64,000 nucleotides of DNA from Marsupella aquatica (Eukaryota > Plantae > Marchantiophyta): the NCBI GenBank assembly GCA_973895155.1, contig OZ316895.1, positions 3,087,659-3,151,658 of the forward strand. Reading direction: 5' to 3'. The notes under the pieces were generated by a model. That model had not been told where the DNA came from. It worked only from the letters and a program-made list of their open reading frames with translations, and made no database searches. Numbering within the stretch: position 1 is the stretch's first letter; every line of letters starts with the position of its first letter. The position numbers and the translations under genes were made by a program. Positions 11,424-23,698 of this stretch are shown here, piece after piece.

Positions 11424-14400
11424 ATGAAGCATCCACCAAGCATGGCAGCGGAGGCATTGCCCAGCAGGAAGAAACTCCATGGCGCCAATGGGCAAGTGTC
11501 GTCAGGCCATCATCACCATCACCACCATCATCACCACCACAAATCCCACCACGGGCATGGTGGGGATGACGAGAAAGATGGAGGGTCCATTCCGAGGCTG
11601 CAGAGGACTCCCTCAGTGGGGCACAAGCCTGATCGGTACGATGACATGGAGGATTTGGAGTACCCGGCAGCGCTGTATAGTGCTATGGAGCAGTACCTTC
11701 CCACGCATCTGCTGAGCTCGTCCAGAGACAAGAAGATCTCGTTTCTTGAACGAATCTTGGCCAAGTATCGGCCCAATGGAGAGAGAGCCAGGGTGAGATA
11801 TTAAGAGATGCCAAGAATTACTTGTCTTCGTCAATCTACCTCGTGAAAGAGTGAAGGAGGCATCAGATTGAAACTTGAATTCATCTGATGACATAGGAAA
11901 GTCTTAGAGCTGGCCGTTCGCGTCAGTTCGAAATCATGGCAATAATAATTTTGCTTAATTTTCAGTAATATCGTCTGGACTTAATCACATGAAGTCTGCA
12001 GGTCACAAGCCTGTTTTCATCGCATATGGTAACCTCAAGTAACCGTCAAATTTTCGTGAATCTACACACTAGACGGCTCATATTCTTTCTGGGGTATACT
12101 TTTTCTGCGAGAAAACCTCATCGGGGTGCATACCAATTAGGGTTCGCATTAGGGTTAGGGTCGTACACCAGGCATGACCATAAGTCCGGAGCAATCTATT
12201 CGAACTACCCGGTAGTCATAGTTGATGGGCCATACTCAGGCATGACCACAATTCTGCAGCAATCTATCGGGCGATACCGGTAGTCAGCGTTTATGCCTGC
12301 GGATGGTATAAATCAGTTGAAGTCCTCGTTTTAGGCTCATCTTCTTTCTGTGTGTGCAATTTCAGAAGCATCGGGAGTATCGCGAGAGAATTCGCCACAA
12401 CTACCAGGTTTGTTTTATGGAAGTTGTTCCCGGGTATTATGAATTCCGCAAAATGGAGTATCAGTTTCTGACCTTGTTTTGTCTCAGTTCTTGTTGTAAG
12501 AATTGAACCTCACTGGGCCCAGATATGTTCCTCAAACTTTCCGATAATGGCGCCCTTAAGGTTGTTCATCGATTTCCAAAATATTCAGGGTTAGGTCGAT
12601 CTTTGTGTTGTTGTGAGATCAATCAGTTGATTCTTGTGCAACCATCTATCACCGGTGGTTGCTTAGTTCCCGAGATTGTGTCTTCTGTGCAGCCCCTTCA
12701 CGAGGAGCTCTACACTCTTGATCCAGACCGCTTTTTTGAGCGGACCTTCCTGGATGCCGTGAAGGAAGGAACTGAGGAGGCTTTCCGAAAGATCCTAACA
12801 GAACACTCACCAGGAGTGTTCACTTTTAATATGCTTGACCCTATGTTCTGCTCTATGATGCTGGACGAGGTACGGTGGATCATTGTGAATACATTGGCCT
12901 TGGAATTAGGGTTTGGGAATTCTACTTCTGTATTCTGCTTCTGTGATTAAAGCTCCCAGCGAGGCCAGGACGTCTCATTCAAGTTACATTTCATCCTCTT
13001 TGTGTATTCAAATCCGTCGTGGCATATCTCCAGTCTCAGTTTACCTTATGTGTCTACTCAATTCCAGCTGAACCTGCAGGAATATATTAGTAGCGTGGAT
13101 CTAGACCTAGGGCTATCATTGCATTTCGCTTGTCTCCTAGTTTGAGCCTTTTAAGTGCTGCCCCTTTGGTATGTATCTGCAATCACATTTATGCAATTAC
13201 GATTTCAGGTCGAGCATTTTGAGAACTGGGCTCAGGAGGCTAAAGTCAAGGTGATGAGGCCCAACACAATGAACAATTATGGAGCAGTCCTGGACGACAT
13301 TGGCATGGAAGGAATGTTGAACGAGCTCATGACTAGCTTCATCAATCCGATCGCAGCAGGTGTGGATTTAGTGGGCTTACTTCTATTTAGATCAATGCTA
13401 TCAATTATTGTGGTCAATGTGATAAGATCATATAAAGTGTGCCTGACCGTGTTCGCTTGTTCTGGCAGTGCTTTTTGTGAACGTCGGTGGGTCAACTCTA
13501 GACACACATCATGGATTTGTAGTCGAGTATAGCATGGACCGCGATCTTGATCTTGGTGGGTACCTCTGAACTGTTTATCTGATGTGGAAAGATTTTACAC
13601 CCTGAAATGGATACCTTGGAACGTTTTTCTCCGAGCGAGGTCGGAAACCAAAGTTTGAGGACAAGTCTTTAACACCATGAACAGAGTTCTAATTCAAATA
13701 TGTTCTTGAGCAAGCTCTGAGCAATGAAATATAAGTCGAAGCGCATTCGATTTAGGGTTTCTGACCAGTTGCATCATTTTGCAGGTTTTCACGTGGATGA
13801 TTCTGAGGTGACGTTGAACGTGTGTTTGGGAAAAGAATTCGACGGGGGCGAGCTGTTTTTCAGAGGCGTGCGTTGCGATAAACATGTGAATGGGGAATCG
13901 CAGCCGGAGGTATGTAGCGCTTTTCAGCCCTCCGTCAATTTTGATTCTTTTTGTGAGTATGCCCACTCGACTGGAGCCATTGGAGCCGTACGAGCCCCGA
14001 TTGAAGTCTAACTGACCCCATGAGTATACACACTTCTGTAGGCATTCGGGGATGATTCCATATAAATTGATTTTAGACTATGATGACAGATGGAAACCCT
14101 CGGCCAAGGTAAGTAGGACTAATTCAAAGTCCTCATGTCTGATAACGGCCAGACAATTCAAGAGTGTGATGAAAAGATACTTGAATTGTCTGGCTGATTG
14201 AAGATGCAGAACTAATTCACATTGGCATTGTCATAGCTATCATTGATCGATCAAATCATTCTAAAGCTGATCACCCTAGATTCTAATGCTAAACTGCTTC
14301 TCACTTGAACGAACAGCCTGATGGACTTACAGTGTTACCATAAATCCTGGACTTCTGCAACCCTACCTTTGATACACAACCGCGGAAATGAAATTGTCAG

Positions 14401-15146
14401 AGAGTTTGTACAATGTCAATCATTCACACCAGTTATCTGTTTGACTGACCAGAGTTTTGATCTCACTCCACTGACCGCTTCCTTTCTCTTAAGACTACCT
14501 ACTTTAGCCGATTCTAAGGCCACCACTTAGGTCTGGAAGGATTTTAATTGCTCCTTCTTCTTGTGATGTATGTATAGTTCAAAAAGTGCGTCAATCATAT
14601 GGAAGGCACCACGGCTTGGAACGGCTCAGAGCGTCTAGCCCTTGTGTGACCGGTGTTCTTATCAATTGACGTCTCCTGATGTAAACTCGCGATTATGTTT
14701 CGTGTGCGTGCTCACGCAGGAGGTGCTCGAATACTCTCATGTTCCTGGACGTGCAATCCTACACGCTGGGCGCCATCGTCACGGTGCCAAGGCCATCACT
14801 GCCGGTCAACGAACGAATCTCATCCTTTGGTGTCGCAGGTGAGTTCTCCAACTGCTTGTCTGTGCGCTGCTAAGCAATTACTGTCGTCTAGTCGCTAAGT
14901 TTCTCAACACCCCAAAAGTTCGACGACAAATTGTTCGGTGTTTATCGCACGGACGTTTACGCCGAAGCCAAGGAATGGTTGGCGTGATAGTTTGACCCTA
15001 CTTTCTCGTTGGTGGGGCGCAGCTCTGAGTTCCGAGAGCTCAAAAAGTATCAGCGCGATTTCTCAAGTTGGTGTGGTGAGTGCCTGATCAAGAAGAGAGA
15101 GCGACGACGTCGGTTATCAAATGCCAAGCGACAGCTTGCCTCATGA
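11424..15146 (+). CDS. ICU11/CUPULIFORMIS-like (At1g22950 family) 2OG-Fe(II) dioxygenase; exons 11424(or 11442)-11792, 12366-12407, 12693-12869, 13209-13359, 13469-13555, 13785-13909, 14720-14838, 15023-15146
   Basis: All junctions GT-AG and in frame. Motifs MRPNTMNNYGAVLDD, HHGFVVEY, LGFHVDDSEVTLNVCLG (HxD), HAGRHRHGA (distal His), RTNLILWCRS and DFSSWCGEC. Confidence 0.92.
12169..12286. repeat. Diverged ~50-bp direct repeat in intron 1 of the dioxygenase gene
   Basis: caggcatgacca..agcaatctat..ccggtagtca at 12169-12218 and 12237-12286. Confidence 0.7.
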
Positions 15147-17325
15147 ATATCGAGGCTTCCTCTCAAATGAGTAATTCCGCTGCGCTTCAAAAGCATCTGA
15201 GACAGACCTCTGAAAACGCCAAAAGGAGTCGAAAGGGCGGTTTTTGTTTTTCCTTTCTCCTCCTATTGCTTTGTACAGTGATTATTTTTTTCTGTATCAG
15301 ATTTTAGGACACTGGAGCAGAACGACGAGACAACACTAATCGATCAGCGCCATTAACGTAATATATGTTCAATATATACACCGCAGATTACAAATTCATT
15401 CCCGTAGAAGTAGACATAGCAGCAACCTGTCAAATCTCAATGTTACAGGTGTTTTGTAAAAGAGTGGGGCTGGCCCGCACATCAGCAGAAGCACAGTGCA
15501 GGGAATGGACAGAAGGTAGTGTAAAATGGGTAGAGAGTACACACGTCATGTTCTTGTGTCGACTGTAAGATCAAGCTTGAAAGCGCCTACACAAGCAGTC
15601 TCTTCAACATTGTACACAGGCAAACCAAAAAAAGTAAGTTTGTATCATTGTAGGGTTAGTTAGAATTGTCTCGCTTTGATATTGTGGGGAAGAGGTGGAG
15701 AAGGTAACTTCCAATTCAAGATCCTTTTGTCTCTCTTTCAAATTATATCGAATGATGTGTATGTGTTGTAACCAGGAAGCCTCTGAATTAGACAACTGCC
15801 CTCTAATGAGAGTGGATGATCTTTCCTGGCTCTTTTTAAACTTTTGTACGTTTTTCTCGTGTTGTTTGCTCATTCTGCAATGTGGTTGCTTCGCAAATGT
15901 GAGAATGCGGATGACGTCAGAGTGGCAGTGATGTTTAGAGTTGGTCTCTGCAGCTCGGGTTCTTTGGTTTTTCCTTTAATCTATTGCTAGCAACTGTGAA
16001 ATCTCAATACATAAATATCTGATAGAATGAGCTCAGAGATTTACTCTACCAGGCACGTTTGAAGCTGGACTGACAGTAATTACCAATATTTTCTTGGCAA
16101 ACGCCCAACATATGCTTTTCTGCATATATATTGTGATGATATTGTCGAGCCTTAGTGTTCACCTTTCTGTCGACGATTGCACTATCTTCCAATTTTCTGC
16201 CAGGGGCAGGATGTTTGAGTTACATTACAATAGTCCAATGTGCCAAAATCCGGCAAGGAATTGATTCGAATCGTTTGGCATCCCGCTGGTATTCCATGCT
16301 TTCATCATTCCTTTATTTTCAGCTGAAATGCGCCTCCGCGTAATTTAACCCAACTTCTGCAGCCGAATTGAACCCGTGTATTTTAATTTAGTACATGACA
16401 TTCCTTCGAATCAATGCACGAAGTAGACGAACGGGGGACAATTGCATCAGTTGCGATTTGTTTCTTCAGAATGTTTGGATTCCATCATGTATTTTTGCAA
16501 AACTGGATAATTGGATTGTATGATGTGTTTCTGCACTCGCAGAAGATGAGCACAAGCTCGATCCTTCACCAGAGGCTGTCATTGACGAGGACCACCAAGG
16601 GACATCAAGGGGCTGTCATAGACGAGCACTTGCATTTATGACACTGCCACTAAATCCGTATCTAAGCTGACTAAGCTGGTTTCCAGAAAGGGCTTTTTTT
16701 TAAACATGAGGGAGGTCAGTAACAGACTTTGCAACAAATAACAGACTTTGCAACAATTGAATGTGCTGATCCGTGTACGGAGAATGGCTGACACTTCAAA
16801 GAATATTGGCTTGTCAGGTGATAGTAAATTTCATCTCTCAACTCTTGGGCTGTGATCTCGGACCAACTTCCTCAAGAAGCACCCTCCACAGCATTCAGTC
16901 CAGTCCATGCATATAGTAATCATGACAGACCGGACATGGTTGCATGTGTAGCACACTACATCTGAATTCCCAAAGCCAAAACGTTTCAAAAGCCACATCC
17001 TGAAGTAGTCTGGACCACACCTATTTCTGACCCATACCATCATTCAATCCTTAGCAAACACGCCGAGGCATAGTAAAAGTCAGCTAGATTGTCACATTTG
17101 AGGTGTCTAGTTTGTTGGCTCGTTTTTCGTGCCACTTACGCTTGACATGGAACTAGAACTGGAAAGGGTACTTATCCTGTACAGTATATCGGCTACGCAT
17201 CTAATTTCAGTGGGATTTCACTTTAAGGACTGCTTGTCTTTGCCCCAAATATTCCTTACAGAAAGTTACATGGTGAAGTACACTGACGTTGCACTAGCAT
17301 CCTAATCATTCTTTTACTTTCGGCG

Positions 17326-17485
17326 AAAAGGGATTGCAGTGCTCATTGCCACGAAAAGGCGGTACCATGCAAGTGCACCACGGAACTTAAGAAGCCTGAA
17401 TTTGGTGACATAAAAAAGGGATTGCAGTGCTCATTGCCACGAAAAGGTGGTACCATGCAAATGCACCACGGAACTTAAGAAGCCC
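17326..17485. repeat. Direct duplication of ~72 bp
   Basis: aaaagggattgcagtgctcattgccacgaaaagg..ggaacttaagaagcc at 17326 and 17414. Confidence 0.9.
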
Positions 17486-19179
17486 TTGACATAAAACAAA
17501 GACTTATAAACAACAAAAACTTATGAAAGTAAAATTAAAGTTTAACCACAGTAGACCCCCCAGATTCGTCCCTTGGACCACAATCTTTGAGCTCAAGATT
17601 CCTGTGGACCAAGAGTTTTGGACATCCAAAAAAAGTGACCATTTATGTGACGGTAAGGTGATATTAGGGCCCCTCACAGTTTCGTAGTAAACATGATGAC
17701 TCTTGGCCATAAACAAATGGCGCTTTCACTGGCCTTTACAATGACTTTTTTTCACGAGCATCTAGAGTGACATGGCATATGACCAATCTTATGGAAAAAT
17801 ACTTTTGGATTTTAAATTTGGTAATCCGGAACTTTTCAGCTGGTAACCTTACTAGTAAGTAAGGTCCATCAATTTTTGAGGTTTGAGACCCCCCACAAGA
17901 AGTATTTCAGGCCATCCGTGTGCCTTAAAGTAGTCCACTTGAGGATCTTTCATAGGGTGTGGTCTATCGAGCTTCAGATTCTATGAAGTGAGAACAGGTA
18001 AAGAAACTCCAGAAAGACGGTTTGCATGACAGCCCCCTAAACATTTACAACAAGAAGAGCATCCCCACAGGTAGTGCTATCTACAACCTGGTGTCAGGGT
18101 CAATGGTGAGGCACTTGGTGTTCAGGGTCATCTTTGGCAGATTGCACCCAGACCGCATCCCTACCAGTCGCAATGAGTGTTCATTGACAAGTTATAATCC
18201 ATAGAAACAAGATTGGATGCTTGGTGTCATCCAGACACAGTTTGTCAAGATTGGGCAGGGGCCACTACTGCATGCCTGACTTGTCCATTTAGGTTTTAAA
18301 TTTTCCACATGCGGGTGAGGATTGAAAATGAGCTTTAGCAAGTTCCTCTCACTAAAGTCGTTCTTGGCTGCAACAGATGGGGTTGCTCTAATAGGACCAG
18401 TGACTGCACCATTGCATCAAATTCACACCTACTACTTTCCTCCCACTTGGAATCTGAAGAATTGTGGGCTGACACGCTGTCCCTGGCCATCTACATGGAC
18501 TGCACAAAGTGATAGCAAGTTTACTTCATCCAAAACAAAAAGGGTCGCAGTTTTTTGGATGCCTAATTCAAATGTGAGATCACCATCATAAAGGTGTTAG
18601 TAACTTTGACAAAAGTGTGGAGTAAGTAGTCAAGACATCAAGTTGCATTCTTCAAAATGCCCTCTGCTCAATGTAACATTGTCTGAACAACTCAGCAATG
18701 TTTCTTGGAAGAGAATGGAGCTTCTCTGAGAACCTAGAGAATTTGCTAAGGATTTGCTCTAAGTCTTGTGACTCAAAGGTTACGGCATTTAGGCTAACCA
18801 CAATTAGGGTCTTAGCTGAGGTAGGTTAGTCGTGTGTGACCTTGTATATATAGGGCTAGTGTAAGCCGCTGGTGTGTGATGTTTACTCATTGTAACGGAG
18901 CAACTTGAGGAAGAGGGAGAGCATGTGTGTCCGTCTACTCTTAAAGTAAAGCTTGAGTATTCGTGTGGACGTAGCCTTAGAGAAGAGTAGAACCATGTAT
19001 AGATTGTGTTGACTACGTGCCCATGAAATGAGTAATGATTGGATCGTCATGAAGGGAGACGTCATACTTCAACAGAATTGATTTACATAATTGCACCATA
19101 CTTTGAAAGGCATGAGAGAACCTGATCATTCCTATAATGTAATAGTAAAACGCTAGCTCAATACCTGTGCGTTGCACAA

Positions 19180-19720
19180 ACAAAGTCATGTTGGCCAAGA
19201 GGTCGTGGAGAGAAAAGATGTCGTGTCGGCCAAGAGGTTGTGGAGAGAAAAGATGTCGTGTCGGCCAAGAGGTCGTTGAGAAAAAATATGGCATGTCGGC
19301 CAAGAAGTCGTTGAGAAAAAAGATGTCATGTCGGCCAAGATGTCGTCAAGAAAAACATTGTCATGTCAGCCAAGATGTCGTTGAGAAAAAAGATGTCATG
19401 TTGGCAAAGACATCATTGAGGGAAAAGATGTCGTGTCGGCCAAGAAATCGTTGAGGGAAAATACCCGTGCATTGTACAAAAGATGTTGTTAAGAAAAAAT
19501 ATGTCGTATCGCTCAAGATGTTGTTATGGGAAAGATATCATGAAGTAAAAAAATGTCGCTAAGAAAAAAGAAGTCATTTTGCCAAAGATGTCATTATGTG
19601 AAACATGTTGATAAGAAAAAGATGTCATTTTGCCAAAGATATTGTGAAGTAAAAGATGTTATAAGAAAAAAGGTGTTGTTTCACCCAAGTTGTCATTATG
19701 TGAAAGATATTATGAAGTAA
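19180..19720. repeat. Minisatellite with ~35-bp unit (aagatgtcgtgtcggccaagaggtcgttgagaaaa), progressively degenerating; probably transposon subterminal repeats
   Basis: About 8 good copies 19180-19460, decayed copies to ~19720 and traces to ~20120; each unit holds two aaga(t/g)gtcgt half-units. Confidence 0.85.
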
Positions 19721-21040
19721 AAAGTCAAGGAGAGAAGGAGGGAGCCTTTTTTTGTTTTGTTTTTTTACCCAAAATGCCCCTGCATTTGACTGGTGACCAC
19801 TCTATACATTGGCGCAACGTTATATTATCGGTTTCAGGTTTAGGGTTTTCGGGTTTAGCAAAGATGACCATTCTGTCACTGTACTTTCAATCCCCCGCAC
19901 GTTACATAAAAGATGTTGTTGAGAAATAGATCATGTGCAAAAGATATTGTTGAATAAATAAATAAAATTACTAAAATATACTATTGCACAAAAACTTTTG
20001 TTGAGTGAAAGATATCATTGTGCAAAATACTCTCTAAGGCAGCCACAAAAGTTCCTTTTTCTTTTTTTCATTTTTCTCCTTGCACAAAAAAATTCTTGAA
20101 TAAAAAAGGTCATTGCACAAAGTACTGGCTATGACAACCACAAAAGTATAGCAAAATGAGAGGTGCCCCCCCCCCTCCCCCCAATTTTAAACCTTTTTCC
20201 TCTGACTTATGTTCCTTTTCCCCATTTCACCATCACTCCACTCGCTCGCAGCTCCCCCGCTCCCCACCCATGCGCGACTGGAGCCCTTCGAGGGGCTGCC
20301 CTACATTGAAGTGTGCCCCTTACCCGACACCTTGTCATCAACACCCGTGCCATGCATTTCACTATGTCTTTGGGCCTTATTACTTTTGTTTTTTGGCATT
20401 GAAAATGACAGTGCAAATGACTCTAAAAATCACCACAAATATTAGAAGAATAATTTTTTATTGATCAAGTGACTAGAATATTAGCAATTAAACTCCTCTT
20501 ACCACTATAATTATACAAAACTATGTTTGCACAAATATTGAGTATCTAAAATATTTACTTGCATGTGAGTATGTACAATACTTAAGTGCATGGATCATGG
20601 AGGGAGTATCCTCCTTGATCCTCGTGCATTGATACTTGTGCATTGTATTAATTAGAGTCTTTCATTTTTTTGGGTGTGTGAGTGTGTGGTGTGATTATTT
20701 GGCTTGTCTTGGACAATTGTGTAACTTATTGTGTCACACTAAAGTCAATTCACACTTTGGCTTTATTACTTATCTTTGACCAGATTTTTTAATTTTTGTG
20801 TCCCATGACCACTCTAAAAAGTGGCGCAAGTGTGTATTATAGTTTAGGATGGAGACAAAGAAAATCAATAGTGGTGATATCTGAAGCCAGGTGAAAAGTG
20901 GGGCATAAGGTGCTATTTTGTCCTCTCGCACTTTGGGTGAGAGGGGAGGTTCAGGCCTGGCGGTAATGGTGCATCAAAAGCAGCAGTATGGTGTACTCTG
21001 CTACTTGGCAAGTACCCACAAGTTGAATAGGATATTCTTC

Positions 21041-21237
21041 GACCACAACAAACCTTAATATTGTTTCTTGTATATCAATGAGTGTTGCTCCTACAATTCT
21101 ACTTTTTGATGTTTTTCATACCACAACAAACCTGACCTGATTGTTCTTTTATATCAATGAGTGTTGCTCCTACAATGCTACTTTTTGATGTTTTTTATAC
21201 CACAACAAACCTGATTCTTCTTTATATCAATGAGTGC
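21041..21237. repeat. Tandem repeat, ~2.5 x 79 bp
   Basis: accacaacaaacct..tatatcaatgagtg at ~21042, 21120 and 21199. Confidence 0.85.
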
Positions 21238-22118
21238 TAGTGCTGTTAATTTTATTTGTTTCTTGAAAGGAACACTTTTATTATGTGAAAAGTAAACCCA
21301 GTAAACAAGGGGGAGTAACAGGCCAGATCAACATCCATCAAAAGGCCAAAAAACACCCAGAGACCTAACACATTCAGTTCCGATGGCAAAGGATAATAGG
21401 AGCAACTACTTTGTTTCTTTTTCAGTGCTGTTCATTCTAGGCTGCTACTTTTTAATGTACAGTCAGTCACCTTGACCCGAGGGTTGAGGTACTCGCCTGT
21501 GCAGTATGCATGTACAGCTCAGAGTATACCATCCCTTATACGCGGAACACAGTGTACCTTCCCTTAGACGAGGAATGCATTGCAGGACTATCTTGTCCTC
21601 AACTCACCTAGTCCTACAATAAAAACCCGGTCCCCACTTATTTTCTTCATAAGTATACATTATTTCTTGGGTTTAGTTTAATTTTTAAAAACAATTGTGT
21701 AAAAACATTGGTGATGTTTTAATCCAATTTTGAGAATTATATAAAAAAAAATTAGAGTACTTCAACCAAATCTAAAAATTATTCCTCATACATATTCTAT
21801 GAACTTAGAGGGTAAAAAATAGTTTTAAAAATAAAACATTTTCTTATTTTTTAGGGTGGGCCTAATATGGGGCCCCCTTGAAGCCAGGCCCTTGAGAGTA
21901 AAAAGCAAGAACAGCATCAATTGTCGAGTGCAGAATCGACCCTGAGTTCTATCCAAAGCGGAGGGAGCGAAATGATAATGCCTCTCCCTTCGATCAAGTT
22001 CTCTAGTTCTCAAGCCCAGTGACGCAGTAACTTGAGCACCACGTGCACGAGCTTTACAGTAGATAGCAGGAGGTACCTTTACCGGGCCACCAGCAGGATG
22101 CACCGATGCAGTGAGGAC

Positions 22119-22430
22119 TGTGCACCAACGTATTTTTTAAAGTGCCAATTTTAGTCGAATTCCATCTCCAAAAAATGTTCCCCACTTTTGGTTAATATTA
22201 GCTAGCTTTTCTTAACACCATTAGCCACTCTTCCACCAAATCATGGACCCCAGAATCTAATGGTCCTCCCCCAGAATCTAATGGTCCTCCTTAAATGTAG
22301 GGATATCTGATGGTCACAATTTGCTTAGGTGAAATCTGATAGAGAATATTCCTAGAAAATACTCCGTTAGAGAAGAAACATTCGCCCTGGCTAAAAATAA
22401 AAAACCTTTAAAAAATAAGCTGCTGTGCAC
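22119..22430. mobile_element. Possible MITE (~310 bp)
   Basis: Imperfect inverted ends gtgcaccaacgtatttttt / aaaaaataagctgctgtgcac around an AT-rich interior; no clear TSD. Confidence 0.35.
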
Positions 22431-23593
22431 ATTATTTTACCGGACAGACATGCACTCTGTACGCAGAATTTATACACGGGCGCAGAATGATGTTCTGCCT
22501 GATGCAGATGTGCTGCCTGATGCTGTAGTGCTGGAATCCTGGGCCGCCTGAGCTACCGGTAGTAGTGGGCTCCGATGAGGTGTACCAGCTCAACACTCTC
22601 TGTCGCCCATTACTACAGTACAGGGCTACAGCGTGCTTTGCTACCAACCAGCGGCAGAGTTCTTTTGTGCATTGAATTCGTTGAGACTATAATCAACAGA
22701 CCAATGTGATCTATTACGAGATATTAATCGTCTCATCTCGCTTCATGTTGCTTACTGACTCACCGTGATCTATTACTTGAAATGAATCATCTCACCTCAC
22801 CTCACGTCATGTTGTTTATTGACTGGATGAATGAAGGGAAGTGTTGAAACTTCAAAATCTGGACCCTGAATGCAAGAGTGGTGCATTGAACCTCGAGAAG
22901 ACAAAACTGAGAGTTGTAAAAAATACACGAGAGAGAGAGAGAGAGAGAGAGTCCATTTGTGGTGGGAGTTTAACAAGAGTAGAAACTGGCCCAGGCAAAG
23001 ACGACAAGATAGCAAAACCTGCTGATTCGTGCTTTGGAGTCCCTACGATCTTTGTTTAGAAGTAGATCTCAGTTGGCTGGCAGTGACCACCGACCATAGA
23101 GCCAGGTTCAGTGCCCATCAATATCCTCCTGAAATTAGGACTCTGTGGAAACAATTTACCATGTCACGTCAATTTACGATCATTCATGTGAAGTAGAGCA
23201 ATTTCCGTAGTTTTGTCCTATCTTCGACATGCACATGCAATCGCCAGAAAGAGAACTTAAGATAGCATTAAAAAAAGGCTCAAAGTCACATGAAACGAGG
23301 CCTAAAGGGCGCAGCCCTAGAAGCTCCATTATAACTGAAAAGGAGTGCCCACTTTGGGCTACTGGAATTGCGTTCGTTTCGCATGAACTCTGTCATTTCA
23401 TGTTTGACCAGATGGAGAAAGTACTTGCTCAGGCCCGTACGTTACGAACTCTGGCTATTTAGTTGAATGTACATAAGTTGTCCAATGCCCACCTGGACCT
23501 GATGGAGAGGGCACTCGCGTCTTGGTACTGTTGTGAGCGCTCCAAGCTTTTGCCCGGCCATCGGCCTGACTCATAAAGCTATGGACTTGACGT

Positions 23594-23698
23594 TTTCAGG
23601 TACTGCATTTTGAGAACTGGGATCAGGAGGCTAAAGTCAGGTGATGCGGCCCAAGATAGTGAAGAATTATGGAGCAGTGCTGGACAACATTGGCATGA
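23594..23698 (+). pseudogene. Decayed duplicate of exon 4 (with its acceptor) of the ICU11-like gene
   Basis: tttcaggtactgcattttgagaactgggatcaggaggctaaagtcaggtgatgcggcccaag..aattatggagcagtgctggacaacattggcatg aligns with 13203-13307, with indels. Confidence 0.88.

Noticed and set aside
12137-12161. TTAGGG telomere-like motifs (also tttagggtttagggt near 44533)
   Set aside because: Only two or three units, expected as telo-boxes or by chance.
14080-14142. Intronic C/D box snoRNA (ATGATGA..CTGA, with ttcaaagtcct resembling an LSU rRNA complement)
   Set aside because: No convincing terminal stem and the putative guide is not adjacent to the D box; kept only as an alternative to the cassette-exon reading.
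19180-19720. CRISPR-like periodicity
   Set aside because: Units are contiguous with no unique spacers, there are no cas genes, and the context is eukaryotic; it is a minisatellite.
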